Shown: positions 44,404 through 56,212, counted from the first letter of the whole stretch. The stretch: DNA of 61,297 nucleotides, filler included, from Stramenopiles sp. TOSAG23-3 (GCA_900128585.1; 18 parts of 18 records of this genome joined end to end with filler, not necessarily neighbours in it), one strand, 5' to 3'. Notes: a model not told the origin generated them from the sequence alone. Numbers and translations: made by a program.

Positions 44404-45966
44404 GTGCTATCCTTTCGGGGCATCAGCATATCGGAGAAAGACAAGCCGGGCCTGTACGAAGTCAGGATCGAAAACGCGCTGGGGCAAGACGCTGCTGCGA
44501 ACAACGGGGAAGTTGAGGAAGGTGGTGCCAGCTTGTCGCAGTCCCATGCGTCGTTGTCTTCGTCGGTCCGCTTTTCCCAGGAAGAGAAAGATTTGGTGCG
44601 AGTTGAGGGCGTTATCCGCATGTTTCTGAATGCCGTAAATCGTACCAGGAAAAGAAAGCACAGCGGTTCCATTAACGATTTGAGGAGCATTTTTGACTGG
44701 ATCGATGAAGATGGTAGTGGTAGGATGACGAAGGACGCGCTTTGGCTGGCCTTTAAGGAAAAGGGCATGACGATGACAAACACACAGATTAATGACGTGG
44801 CCAACGCTCTGTCCGAGGCCTCGGAGGGGGACGACATTGAGTTTGATTGTTTTTTGAACCAGCTGAGGGAAAAGCGAAATTTCAATAAGAATCTCAAGGA
44901 ATCGCGCCGAGCGACTTCGCCCGTGTCGTCTGCAATGTCCCATATCGTTAAATCAAAAAAGAAGCAAGAGGAAGAGTGGCGGCAGAAGCGGCTTGAAGCG
45001 AGCAACAAGATTCGCTCGTCCGAGTTGGTCGAAGAGCGGCAGAAGCTAAAGGCAAAGAAGCAGCTCGAGCTTGAAACCTACATAGACAGCACCACTCATG
45101 TTGCATATACAAACGACCCTTTGAAAGCTGCGCAGTTGTACGATGCTGCCCTTGTCAGAAAGTTTGGACACATCGCGTCTATCCCATTCATGAATTTTCC
45201 TGAAAGCTGCCCAGACCTTTGGCCAGCATTCCAACGCGTCATTCTGGAGCAGCGGCAATCACCGTACCTAAAAAGAAATTTGACTGTGCCAGAGCCCGGC
45301 GAAAAGCTCGAAGATCCTGCGTCCTTCTTTGAGACGTTAAAGAAAGCCAGCGTCTCCAGGCGAAAAAAGTACGTAGAAAAATCCCAAGCGAAAATTTCAA
45401 GCTTATCCTCCCTCATTGGTCCCTCCCCGTCAAGTCCACAAGGGAAAAAGTTCGGGACCAACGCCCGCGTGAACAAAGAGCGCCCTTTGAACTTGAAACG
45501 GTACAAAAACAGTAATGGGGTGTATGTATACTACGTTCAAAAGGAAAAACGAGCAAAACATAAGAGGAAAACTCCCCAAAAGGGCCCAGCCGCGAAGAAG
45601 GATGCATCGGAGTACAATGCAGCAGAGCGGGCACACATGGACAAAGTATTGGACCTAGTGACTGATTCCATAAAAAAGAGGAGAAGCGTGTTTGGCCACA
45701 AAATGACGTCGGTATTCGATGCTTTCGCCGCTTTTGATATTAGCAATAGCGGGCGGTTGTCGCACCACCACTTTCGTTCGGCCATGGAGCGATTAGGATT
45801 GGGGGTCAGTCATAAAGTGTTGGGCGATTTGATCGATATTGTAGATGATGATGGAAATGGAACCATCGAATACGAAGAATTTGTAAATGCATTGGACAAA
45901 CGAGCCTCCAGACGGGAGCGCGAGCGCGAACTTATGCAAAAAGAGACGGGCCCAAAGTTTAATTAA
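44404..45966 (+). CDS. EF-hand protein containing a split AP2-like domain, 5'-partial
   Basis: EF loops DEDGSGRMTKDA, DISNSGRLSHHH and DDDGNGTIEYEE. AP2-like halves SFRGIS..GLYEVRI and HVAYTNDPLKAAQLYDAA..FG..MNFP. Confidence 0.8.
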   Translation: MLSFRGISISEKDKPGLYEVRIENALGQDAAANNGEVEEGGASLSQSHASLSSSVRFSQEEKDLVRVEGVIRMFLNAVNRTRKRKHSGSINDLRSIFDWIDEDGSGRMTKDALWLAFKEKGMTMTNTQINDVANALSEASEGDDIEFDCFLNQLREKRNFNKNLKESRRATSPVSSAMSHIVKSKKKQEEEWRQKRLEASNKIRSSELVEERQKLKAKKQLELETYIDSTTHVAYTNDPLKAAQLYDAALVRKFGHIASIPFMNFPESCPDLWPAFQRVILEQRQSPYLKRNLTVPEPGEKLEDPASFFETLKKASVSRRKKYVEKSQAKISSLSSLIGPSPSSPQGKKFGTNARVNKERPLNLKRYKNSNGVYVYYVQKEKRAKHKRKTPQKGPAAKKDASEYNAAERAHMDKVLDLVTDSIKKRRSVFGHKMTSVFDAFAAFDISNSGRLSHHHFRSAMERLGLGVSHKVLGDLIDIVDDDGNGTIEYEEFVNALDKRASRRERERELMQKETGPKFN

Positions 45967-46119
45967 AAGGAAAAAAGAGGGGGGTAAAGGGCGGTGGCGT
46001 AAAATTATTAATAACAATTCTATTTGCCTAACGCCATACTATAATAACGCATTACAATGCAGAAAACAATCTAGTTATAATTATAGGACTTACTGACGGC
46101 ATAATTAGGCAGAAGCGCG

Positions 46120-46520
46120 ATATTAATCCACTCATAGATGACTAATTTCTTATGTGATTTTTCAAGCAGCGGCGTAACTGTTTTAGAGGTGCTCGTTGTC
46201 TGTCTTAAAACAAACTAATTTTCAGTTTATCTAAAATTAAAAACAAAAAATTGGCTATTATTTTCTTGTTTTATTTAAGTAATTAAAATTCATCTTCCTC
46301 GTGTACCGCGAAAATTAATCTGCTCCTTTTGTCCATTCTAATCAATACACCCTTGTCACTTCGTCTGGACTATCATTCTCAGTTGTGCATTCTCAGTTGT
46401 GCTCCAGGCATGATCCGAATCGGTAGGTGGATTAGCAGTGCTTTCAAATGATCCGTAGTCAACTTCCTCGTCCGAGGTCTCACTCATAGATAACTCAAAA
46501 ACCTTGCAAGCAGCGGCGTA
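46120..46520 (-). repeat. Two fragments of repeat family 1 (46120-46207 and 46239-46520)
   Basis: The reverse complement matches 25210-25563 (GACAGACAACGAGCAC; GCCGCTGCTTG; ..SDEEVDYGS..; GTGACAAGGG; tail). Confidence 0.88.
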
Positions 46521-46530
46521 AAGGTGCAAC

Positions 46531-47710
46531 TTATTCGTCTTCTTCCGCGCTGATGACATGATTCTTTTCTGTCAGCTCGAATTTCGATTCTATGTTTGCA
46601 ATGAGTTGGAAAAATGTATCACATTTGTCATCCACATAATAATAGTCGAAATAGTGGAAGAAATAACTTGGAATCATAGAATCTGGGTCAGAAAACCTAT
46701 AATATCCACCAGGGCATCGCAATGGGCACCTGCGGAGAGCCGGGGGAATCTTGTAGGGAGACACGTTCTCTATGTTGCTGACTGCGTATCGATACTTCAA
46801 TTTAACTTCGGTGATGGTCCATCCTGGAGCGTACAACACCGGGCTTGAAAACGTTCCTACCTCGGTTCGTAGGTTATTCGGGTCGGATGACGTACAGATT
46901 ATGTTTCCAATGAGCGCCGGCGAGGGTACAATGCCCCATGCGTTCTTGCCGAGGATTAGACTGTCTTCTGAGATTGATGTCGGAAACTTCAGTTCAATTT
47001 GTTTTGGCTCTCCGCCTCTTGCTTTTCTCTCTATCTCTTCAGCCTCCCGCTCTTGCTCCTTTTCTTTGTTCAGCTGGGTTTCACTCTCAGAAGCAAGTTT
47101 TTTATCGGCATAGACAATAGCGCGTTGCAAAATCTCATCTTGCTTTTCTCCAATTTTCTCATCCACTTTTGAAGTAACCATTTCCGTTGCCTTTATTTCT
47201 GTTTTTGGTTCTGTGTGAATTTTGGGCCGAGCGCACTTTCTGAAACTGCAATGTCGAACTGAAACAAATGTCCTGCGAGCAATCTTGAGAACGAACGCAA
47301 AAAATCTACAGAGACCGGCGAAAAAAATACATACAACCGTTCCAAGTTGTACGGCCGGAATTCGAAAGTTTGACCAATCAATGGAATAGCCAACAATTAA
47401 GTCAAACATTTCTCCCCAATCAAAATAGAAACCTTCCATTGCTGCAAACAGTTTCATGAAGAAGGAAACAACGCCAATAAAAAGCAAGCCATAGAAAAAA
47501 TTTGATGAACGGGTACAGCACGTTGCTTTTGCGCACGGGTTGAACTTCCAAGGCAAAATCAAAGGCACAAGAACTATAAGAACAAAATAAGGCATGAATA
47601 CCATGGCGCAAAAAGTAAAAAAACCCGCACCGGTCGTTGTCCAAAGCCCCTGGCCCTCGTAGTCAGTGGTCATAACGTCTTCGTTACCTAGCAAATCCAT
47701 CTTTGGCTTT
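46531..47710 (-). CDS. Hypothetical membrane protein, probably 5'-partial
   Basis: Three hydrophobic segments followed by a charged coil. Frame open to the edge. Confidence 0.65.
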
Positions 47711-48252
47711 NNNNNNNNNNNNNNNNNNNNNNNNNNNNNNNNNNNNNNNNNNNNTTAATTAATTAANNNNNNNNNNNNNNNNNNNNNNNNNNNNNNNNNN
47801 NNNNNNNNNNTCTTTCTTCTTTCTTTCTTCTTCTTTCTTTCTTTCTTTCTTCAACGGCATTTTTTTTGTTTTATTTTTTTCGTATTTTTGTTCTTCTTCT
47901 TCTTTTTGTTCTTCTTCTATCTTCTCTTCTTCTTCTTCGCTTTTTTTTTATTTGTTTGTTTGTTGTCGTTGTGTAATTTTATTATAACACACAATAATAA
48001 TTGGTAAATATACTATACATACGACAAAAAAGAAACAAATGATTGAATCGATCTGAAAGTTTTCAAATGAGGAACGAAAAGAAAGCCAGAAGATATGTAT
48101 GTCCTTCTTAACGTGGGTTGATTTAGTTTACTGTGCTCTTTCTGTTGTTTTTTGTTTTTTTGTTTAGGTTAGCTTCGTACGGTACGCTACAAAGAGAGAA
48201 GGGTGAGTTGTCCGATTTCGAACACGTATCCGTCCATAGGACATACACAACC

Positions 48253-49302
48253 ATGCGTTTCAAAGAGAGTGCAGAGATTTTGCCGTTCTATGTCCTTCAG
48301 GTATTGTTGGCGTACTTTTTGTTTTTTGATTTCCAGCGTGGCTTGCGTGGGTCGAATGGGCGTTTTGTATCGTTCATGCAGTCCGTCGAGTCCGTCTACA
48401 AGTACAAGCGTGGGCACGCAAAACCTTCGAAGAATAGACCGTGTGAGGAAAAGTTTTTCTCCGCAGTGTACATTTGTTGCGTGTGCGCCTTTTTAAAATG
48501 GGCGCCTGGAACGGTCGTTTCCTTTTGGTTGGACTTGACGCCTACGTGGATGCGAGGGTGGCGACATGCCATCTCTTTCTCCGCCGCCCTCGTGTGGATT
48601 CATTTTTCCCCAAGGAACTTTGGGTTCCGTTTCTTCCACACCTCCACGGGCTGCCGCGTCCTTCTCCACACTGCGACTGCCCTGTACAAATTGAGGAAAT
48701 TGGTGTTTTTGGTTCAGGCATCATACAATAAGCGATCGTTGACCGGATTCATGGCATCTGCCTTCTTGCTGTCGGTCTGGGAACTTGAAGGCGGCACCAC
48801 GTCAAGGAGGGTAGAATTGTACGCGACTACGAAAGTGAACAGGCAATCCACGCTCCTGAAGGTGTACCGTGACGCCAAGGCGGCGGTTAGGCTCATGCTT
48901 TACCAGACCAACGCGATCTGCTCCTTTTGCGCGGCTTGGATTTTACATTTCTCCTGGACAGAATCGGACGTGGGCCCGATTAAGTATCCATTCCCATTTC
49001 ACGTAAAATTGATCGTACTTCTCATTATTTGGTATCGGTACAATGTGGACGATGTCGGGGAGATCGTGGCGTGGGTGCGTAGTGTGATTGTTGAAGTGTT
49101 TGTGCAGATGCAGATCATTTACCGGTGGGGCTTGCACACGGGGCAAACTTGCCTGCCTTTCATATTTTCAAAACCAGCGCAGCAGCCAAAGTCTCGTTCC
49201 GTGTCGACTCCAGGCGCAACCCTCGAAAAGGCAAAACAGGCAAGCCGCGGAAGACGGCGTGGTCGCAGCCGTCGAACTGCGGCGAAGAAGAAGAAGGAGT
49301 AA
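48253..49302 (+). CDS. Multi-pass membrane protein, possibly TRIC (TMEM38) cation-channel-like
   Basis: About 6-7 TMs. PGTVVSFWL..P, VWIHFSPRN, ALYKLRKL and ELEGG are reminiscent of TRIC blocks. Basic C-terminal tail. Start uncertain. Confidence 0.5.
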   Translation: MRFKESAEILPFYVLQVLLAYFLFFDFQRGLRGSNGRFVSFMQSVESVYKYKRGHAKPSKNRPCEEKFFSAVYICCVCAFLKWAPGTVVSFWLDLTPTWMRGWRHAISFSAALVWIHFSPRNFGFRFFHTSTGCRVLLHTATALYKLRKLVFLVQASYNKRSLTGFMASAFLLSVWELEGGTTSRRVELYATTKVNRQSTLLKVYRDAKAAVRLMLYQTNAICSFCAAWILHFSWTESDVGPIKYPFPFHVKLIVLLIIWYRYNVDDVGEIVAWVRSVIVEVFVQMQIIYRWGLHTGQTCLPFIFSKPAQQPKSRSVSTPGATLEKAKQASRGRRRGRSRRTAAKKKKE

Positions 49303-49521
49303 TAGTATATAATATGACAGTAATTTATATATGTGAGAGATATGAGTTGTTAGTGTTTTAGTCAAATTTGTCTCAGTGTTGTGAGATTCTTTAGACTCCC
49401 AATTTAATATTAAAATGTGTGCGTAATTAATAGGCACCAACACATTTTATAAATTTTCTTAATTTTCAAGATTAATTTGGAGGGACAGGAGAAGACAAAT
49501 CAACTCAGCCCCCCTGTGGTC

Positions 49522-50708
49522 TCAGCGATCTTTCTTCCTCTTCTTTTTCTTGTCTTTTTTCTTTTCTTTCAACTTTTCTTTCTTCTTCTTCTTCTCTTTC
49601 TTGTGCTTTTTCGGAGATGGAGAGCTGCTTTCCCCATACAAATCCAGGGATTGCGTTTTTGCAGTTTCCCCTGGGTTTGCCCCACCTCCGCGCGCGGATC
49701 GGTTTCTTGCTTCGCGTTCAGAGGCAATTCGTGCTAGTTCTGCGGCTTTCTTCTCTTCTTTTTCGCGCTTGCTTTGTTCGCGCTCGTCGTCGTCGTCGTC
49801 AATTGCCCTCACCCTGGCCAAATATTTTTTTCGCCTACTGCAGTTCAGGTAGTACTGCACTACTCCCATTTTTCTCATAACTTGCTGCTTCTGTTGCTTT
49901 TCCGCGTGCTTGGTTGCGCGCTCTTTTTCTGCAGCATCGCCCTTCATTTTGGCAGCCCGCTCGTCGGCGAACATGTTCTTTCTGTCTATCCACCAGTTCC
50001 GACCCAAGGTTTTCTCCGCCATTTTATCCTGGACCCGAAAGGCAGGGTGAAGCATCTGGGGGAACTTCTTGTGCAACTGCATAAACTCCCCAAAGTCCAT
50101 TTTCCCGTCGCCGTCGCGGTCCTTGGGTTATCAAGTGATAAATAACAGTCAATGTTAGTCAAATGGCAGATGGTGATGGACAATGAATCGTACTTACGAA
50201 CGCCCCGACTTTGGGTTTTCATTTAAACAAAACAGAGAAGAAGAAAAAGTTAATGTTAGTTAAGGAACACAGTATGGAATAATAAATCGAACTCACGTAA
50301 GGCCTGTTTCGTATTGCTATACGCCCCCCCACCCTGCAGAACATCGACCAGTGCTGCCAATTCGTCCTCTTCAATGTATCCATTTTTGTCTTTATCAAAA
50401 ATGTAAAAACAGAATTTCATCACTTCTACCTTTCCAAACATGCAAAAGGTGCCTAGGGCCTGGACAAACTCGCTGAAATCGAGCGTTCCGCTATTGTCGA
50501 TGTCAATCAGTTCAAAAATTGAATCCCCAAAGATCGTTTGCGGTTCTCCAATCAGTTGGTAAAACTCTCGCATGTCCATCGTCCCAGACTTATCTTTGTC
50601 AAATTTATTGAACGTCGCCCACAGTTTCGATTGGTCCTTTTTCGATAGGCGTAGCTTGTCTATCATCACTTGCATCCGTTCATCGGGTACCGGCACCTTC
50701 GCGCCCAT
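49522..50708 (-). CDS. Four-EF-hand calcineurin-B/NCS-like protein; exons 50708-50297, 50208-50198 and 50121-49522 (340 aa)
   Basis: EF loops DKDKSGTMD, DIDNSGTLD, DKDKNGYIE and, after splicing, DRDGDGKMD. Both introns are GT(G/A)AGT...ACTAAC...AAG. MG N-terminus. Confidence 0.85.
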
Positions 50709-51211
50709 TTTTCAAATCTTCAATATTATGTTTTCAAATCCTTGAATGCAAAAGTGAGAAACAAACTACGAAGAGAGAACCGAAGAAGAGAAACAAGAAT
50801 CAAAATTCAACAAAATTTTCTTCTGTAATAATCATCCATATCATACATACAAATATACATAAAAATGTGCATAAAAATGTACATTATAAACTTCTATAAT
50901 AAAATATGGGACGCAACTATTAAGTATGTATGGGTCATTTACAGGTAGGTATTCGAATACATGGTGGATGTGTGGGACAAAAAAGCAAGAAAGAAGCAAG
51001 AGATATAGAAGAAAGAAGAAGAAGAAGACAAAAAAAATACGAAAAAAATAAAACAAAAAAAATGCCGTTGAAGAAAGAAAGAAAGAAAGAAGAAGAAAGA
51101 AAGAAGAAAGANNNNNNNNNNNNNNNNNNNNNNNNNNNNNNNNNNNNNNNNNNNNTTAATTAATTAANNNNNNNNNNNNNNNNNNNNNNNNNNNNNNNNN
51201 NNNNNNNNNNN

Positions 51212-52518
51212 TACGAAGTCGTGCCTGCAGTGCCACAGAGCCGCAGGGACAACCGCAACCGAGGGTCGATACCGTCGAACCTCCAAGTCACACTCTGGTC
51301 GTGCTGGTCGTCAGCGCAAGGCCGCATTTTTCCCAGAGGGAACTCATAAGGCAAACCTGGGCCAGCAAGGAAGTGCTTTCTGCGGAAACCAACCTCAGAA
51401 TGCCGAACGCGTCCTCTCCCCCAAGGTCATTGCGGGAAACCCAGGCCTACCCGTCGGCAAAGGTATTGTTCGTCGTTGGTCGCCCTGCGACCACGCTGGA
51501 CAATAATGAGAATTCGGCACGGTTGGCCGAAGAACACGAGGTTTATGGTGACATCGTCCAGGTCCCAGTGGTGGATGTCTACGCCAACCTGATATACAAA
51601 GTCTTGTGTGCCATCGACGCTACCGTCGAAGAGCATTGGCCTGCTGCTTTTATTATGAAGGTCGATGACGACACGTACGTCGACTTACCGATGTTATTGC
51701 ACGATTTGGTAAACCCCCGTCACCCTCGGCGGTTGCACCTGCAAGGCCAGATATGGACCGGCTCCCCGATCAGGAACAGAAACCACAAGAATTGGGTCTC
51801 AAAGGCCTACTACCCAATAGACACTTACCTGCCTTACCCGCATGGCGCCCACTACATCATAAGCTCGGACTTTGCAACTTTCATACATGAGAACGAAAGG
51901 TTCCTAGCGCCCTCGATCATACCTGCATCCCACCGGGGAAATTTGGAAGACGTAAAAATGGGGGTTTGGGCGTTTAGCATTGGCGTTAACATGGTCCACG
52001 ACGTGCGGTTCGTTGAAAGCGTCAATTGCCACAGTTCTGCGGTCTCCTTGTCCGACGTGCCTGCCAAAGCGTTCCGAGGAATCTACCGCGCTCTTCGAAA
52101 TGGCTCCAACAGCGGGTTATGCACCAACGAACTGCACGCTCACGCGGTCGGTTTCTTTTTGCGGCGCACGGAGAAGGACGGGTACTTACAGTACGGCACG
52201 GGAGAGGATGGCGAGGTATCCCAGAAAACGGTCGACGCAAAGAAAGCAATGGCGCACAACAACGCCGGGGTTCATCTGGCAATGCTTGGAAAGCTCGACG
52301 AAGCGTTAACCCAATTTCTCCTCGCCCGTGATTTGGACCATGGCAGGGAGTGGCCTAACCTCGACTACTTCACAAAACACGGATTGGGGACAAAGGGCCA
52401 GAGCTCCCCTTCCGCCACCGACAGCAATTGCCCCTATCACAGCATGTGTGCACAAAAACTTCGCCAAGCCATCGACCGTGGCCTTCGAATGTTTGCCGCG
52501 GCCTTATCGGAACCTTGA
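51212..52518 (+). CDS. GT31 beta-1,3-galactosyltransferase-like protein with a C-terminal TPR-like repeat, 5'-partial
   Basis: RELIRQTW, KVDDDTYV, YPHGAHY and LEDVKMGVW. AHNNAGVHLAMLGKLDEA is TPR-like. Confidence 0.88.
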
Positions 52519-52645
52519 GACGTGTGTGAAAAGAGTCAAGTGAAGGGGTACATTTTTTCCGTATATTTCAAATACTATCTTTTACTTCGTAATTTAAACA
52601 AATACTCGACGCGCACGAGCATCGTACCTGGGGTCTACGGGTCCA

Positions 52646-53827
52646 CTACTGGCCTGCGGCCGCCGGTGGCTCCCAAACCCCTGGCGTGTACCAGGGCTTC
52701 CTGTGGTTTATGGAAGCGTCCAGTGTGTCCCAAAACGCTTTCGCGGCAATGGCATCCCGATGCCTTTTCGTTTTACTAACTTCAATCACACTAACCTTCA
52801 ACTTTGCCACTTCCTTTTTCAATGGCATGCCGGCCTCGTTAAAGTGAAAGCCCGCGACGTTGTTGAAAATCTCGGCCGGGGTCTTCCAGAACCATTTCTT
52901 GAATTGCCACAAGGGGCCCAGCGCTACGACGGCCACGACGCGGTTCCAATCGTTTGGAGACAGGCGGGTCACTTGGTCCAAGACGAGGTAGGTCACCTCG
53001 CCGTTCGCATGCTTCCGGGTGGCCATGACCTTGTTCGGCTTTCGCGTCCGTCTTCTGGCAGATTGCACGTCTTCGTAGAAACCCTCTTCGAGGAACCTTT
53101 TCGCATTGAAGAGGGTCAGCAGCCCCGAGGAGCCACTGGGAACTAAAATTATCGGGTGCTTTGGGGGGTAGTCGGCCTGCGCAACAATGCGCGTGCGGCT
53201 CTTCTTCAAGGCCTCGGCGGCAACGGCAGCGCTGGAGGACCCCATGCTCTTGCGCTTCTTTCCAGACCGCTTTTCGAGCCTTGCCTTATCGTCGTTTTCT
53301 GCCATCTCGCAAAACGTCAAAACGCCCTTGAAATTGGCAGTTCTAGATTGGAGCATCGTGTTCCTTGTCAGGGCAAGCTCTTCCCCCTCGTAGATGGCCG
53401 CAACGTCGTCTATGTCGGCCACGGGGCCAGTCGCGGAAGCCACGGCTGACCCCGAGGCGTCCTTCTTCGGGGCCGCGGAGGTTTCCCTCGCGCTGTCGGT
53501 CTTTGCGTCCGGAGTCTCCAGTTCTGGCGCCGAATCTGCCAGCCCTTTGAAATAATTTGCCATGCTTTTGCGCTGTAATAGACTCACAGGGACCATCTTC
53601 CTCTCTTTGCAAGCTTTCAAATAGTCTTTGGTTTTCTTCAACACATTGTGCTGTATGAACAAGTAAAGGTCCGCGACGGTAAAATTATTCGGGCGATTCT
53701 TGCGCTTGTACGGCGTCATGGTTTTCCCTGGGAACTTCTGCCCCCCAAAGTGGAAGACCCCATCGTCGCCTACGACCACATCTGTCTTTGACACAACCGA
53801 CTGACGAAGCAAACGAACGGCCTCCAT
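52646..53827 (-). CDS. CDC73: Parafibromin, Paf1 complex subunit
   Basis: PIILVPS..LLTLFNAKRFLEEG, DWNRVVAV..GPLWQFKKW and KRHRD..FW. Confidence 0.93.
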   Translation of the reverse strand: MEAVRLLRQSVVSKTDVVVGDDGVFHFGGQKFPGKTMTPYKRKNRPNNFTVADLYLFIQHNVLKKTKDYLKACKERKMVPVSLLQRKSMANYFKGLADSAPELETPDAKTDSARETSAAPKKDASGSAVASATGPVADIDDVAAIYEGEELALTRNTMLQSRTANFKGVLTFCEMAENDDKARLEKRSGKKRKSMGSSSAAVAAEALKKSRTRIVAQADYPPKHPIILVPSGSSGLLTLFNAKRFLEEGFYEDVQSARRRTRKPNKVMATRKHANGEVTYLVLDQVTRLSPNDWNRVVAVVALGPLWQFKKWFWKTPAEIFNNVAGFHFNEAGMPLKKEVAKLKVSVIEVSKTKRHRDAIAAKAFWDTLDASINHRKPWYTPGVWEPPAAAGQ

Positions 53828-54838
53828 CTCAGTCAGGTCTCCTGTGTTGGTGGTGATACGACGTGAACGTTACCGTAGGCTAAAACCGTTGTATAAATAA
53901 AAACCACAACAAAATGTGCTTCTTCGTTTGCGCAGTACAAAACAGGTGCATCGTTTACCACCTACATCCAATTTCGGTTCTATAGATAGTATAGAACACC
54001 CTCTTCATCCATTTCTATCAATTTATATTTTATAATAATTGTTTTAGAAGATTAGTATTTATTAATTATTATTATTTTATTAATAATTTTTTTTAATTGA
54101 TTTTTTATTACAGTAGTATAGGGTTGGGGTTGATTAATAGGGTAGGGCTGGAAAGACAAAATAAACCACCTATGATATTAAGGATATATGCCTATATGGA
54201 TAACATTAGGAGACCATTTGATATCATAAGACTATTGTAATAGTAAGGATTTAGATGAAATCATTTCTTCATATTAATAATAACTAAATAGAATGAAAAA
54301 AGTGATATAAAGTAAACCTATATACATATACACAGTATATATATATTCCCTATAGATACATATCCTTAATTAATTATGACTTATTTCGTCCAGCCCTTCC
54401 TACCACCGTACCACCACCCAATAAAAAAAAATGTAATCACAAATTAAAAAAATCAAATAACATAAAAGCTCCTCCAATTCCTCATTGTAATAAAAGAAAA
54501 CAATAAATANNNNNNNNNNNNNNNNNNNNNNNNNNNNNNNNNNNNNNNNNNNNTTAATTAATTAANNNNNNNNNNNNNNNNNNNNNNNNNNNNNNNNNNN
54601 NNNNNNNNNCAAAAAGAATGAAGGGTGTTAGACCAGGTGGTGGTGATTGGATGTGTATCGAAAAACGTCTGACGATTTTAAATCGGCGGGCAAATGGGTG
54701 TATGATATAGTGTATTATATCTTAGAGGGGTTCTTAATCACTCCCTCGTTTCAGTTGGCCTCTCTTTTTCTTTGTCGTTGAGACACACTTACAACACAGG
54801 GACGACGACTTTCTTTTTCTCACAAGAATTCAAACATT

Positions 54839-55573
54839 TTAAAACACTATTGGAAATAGCTTATCCAACCAATCCCTAACAGGCTCCAGAGGACGCCCCA
54901 AGTAAGGGGGATTTTTGTATCGTAAGAAGTATTTGCCTGGTTTCCTACGATCTTTTTTGCAAATCCAACGACCACCCCCTGGTTTAAAAACATTCATTCT
55001 TTTGGTTTCCTTGAGGATTGCTACACAACGCTTCTTCGTAAGCGCTGTAGTCTCAATTATATGCATCTTCTCATGCAAACTCAGGGTCTGTAGCAGCCAC
55101 TCGTCGACTGGAAGACCTCTTACCAGACGTTCCCTCATCTCCTCTCGAAGGGGTGCCAGAACTTCTGCCCGACCCCGTAGATCGACTGGTTCGCGTCGCC
55201 GCACACCGTGATGCACGGGGGGTGTTGAAGTTCTTAACCTACGGAACATTACTGGAAATTCCTCATCGGGCCAAGCACCGGCTGGATGTAAAAAACTCTG
55301 TTTTGCTTCCTGGAGCTCCATTTTATTCTTTTCCTCTTCCCTCCTACGCTTCTCTTCTCTCCGTTTCCAGCTCCACGTTTCTTCCATAGGATCCAGGTCG
55401 CCCATCTCATCGCACATTACACAGTCATCCCCCCAACTTCGGTGGACAAAGTTCCTACTGGGCTGGACAAAGTTCCCAAGACGTCCACCGCCACCTTTTG
55501 AAGCGACACTACTTTGGAGCAAAACAGAAGCGACCAAGACAGTCAGAACACCTTTGGATATGGCCTGGCCCAT
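54839..55573 (-). CDS. Hypothetical protein with a signal-peptide-like N-terminus
   Basis: 244-aa ORF. A paralogous fragment on the opposite strand at 54610-54700 supports coding. Confidence 0.6.
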   Translation of the reverse strand: MGQAISKGVLTVLVASVLLQSSVASKGGGGRLGNFVQPSRNFVHRSWGDDCVMCDEMGDLDPMEETWSWKRREEKRRREEEKNKMELQEAKQSFLHPAGAWPDEEFPVMFRRLRTSTPPVHHGVRRREPVDLRGRAEVLAPLREEMRERLVRGLPVDEWLLQTLSLHEKMHIIETTALTKKRCVAILKETKRMNVFKPGGGRWICKKDRRKPGKYFLRYKNPPYLGRPLEPVRDWLDKLFPIVF

Positions 55574-56212
55574 TTTAGTAAGAGGTTGTGTTTAGTTGTC
55601 GTTGTGTGAAGGCTGTCTTGCCAAAATAAATATAGAAATTAATGATGATGAAGTTGTTCTCTATGCAAGGAAAGAAAGCAAAAAAGAAACAATCAGAACA
55701 CGAACTTAAATTCATTTCATTCTAATTATGTAATCATTCGATATATGTTTTAAAAGTTATTAATCTATCTATAATATCAAATGAGATAATATAGAAAGAA
55801 GAAGAAGAATATTTTTTCGGAAGAAAAAAAAGAAAAGATTTTTTTTGTTGTTTTTTTGTGCTGAAACCATTTTTAAAAATGTATTTGTACTTGATAGTTA
55901 GTGTACCTATATAAATTAGTATAGTAAAATAATTAAGCAATACACACCAAAGGAAGGTTTTCATAGTTTTTAAAAAAAGAAGAAAAGAAAGAAGAAAAGA
56001 AAAGAAGAAGAAAGAAAAGAAGTGATGATCATCGGCGGTGTTGAAATGAAGAAAGAAAGGAATCAAGCAAAGGAAGAGACAAACTTTTTAATTAATTTCA
56101 ATTTACCATTTCCAAATAATAGAGACTATTTCCATCTAATTCAATTCGTTCCAGCAGTGGGTGTAAGTTCGTTTTAATAGTTGTCGGGTTTGCTTTCCTG
56201 TACTTGTCTAAA

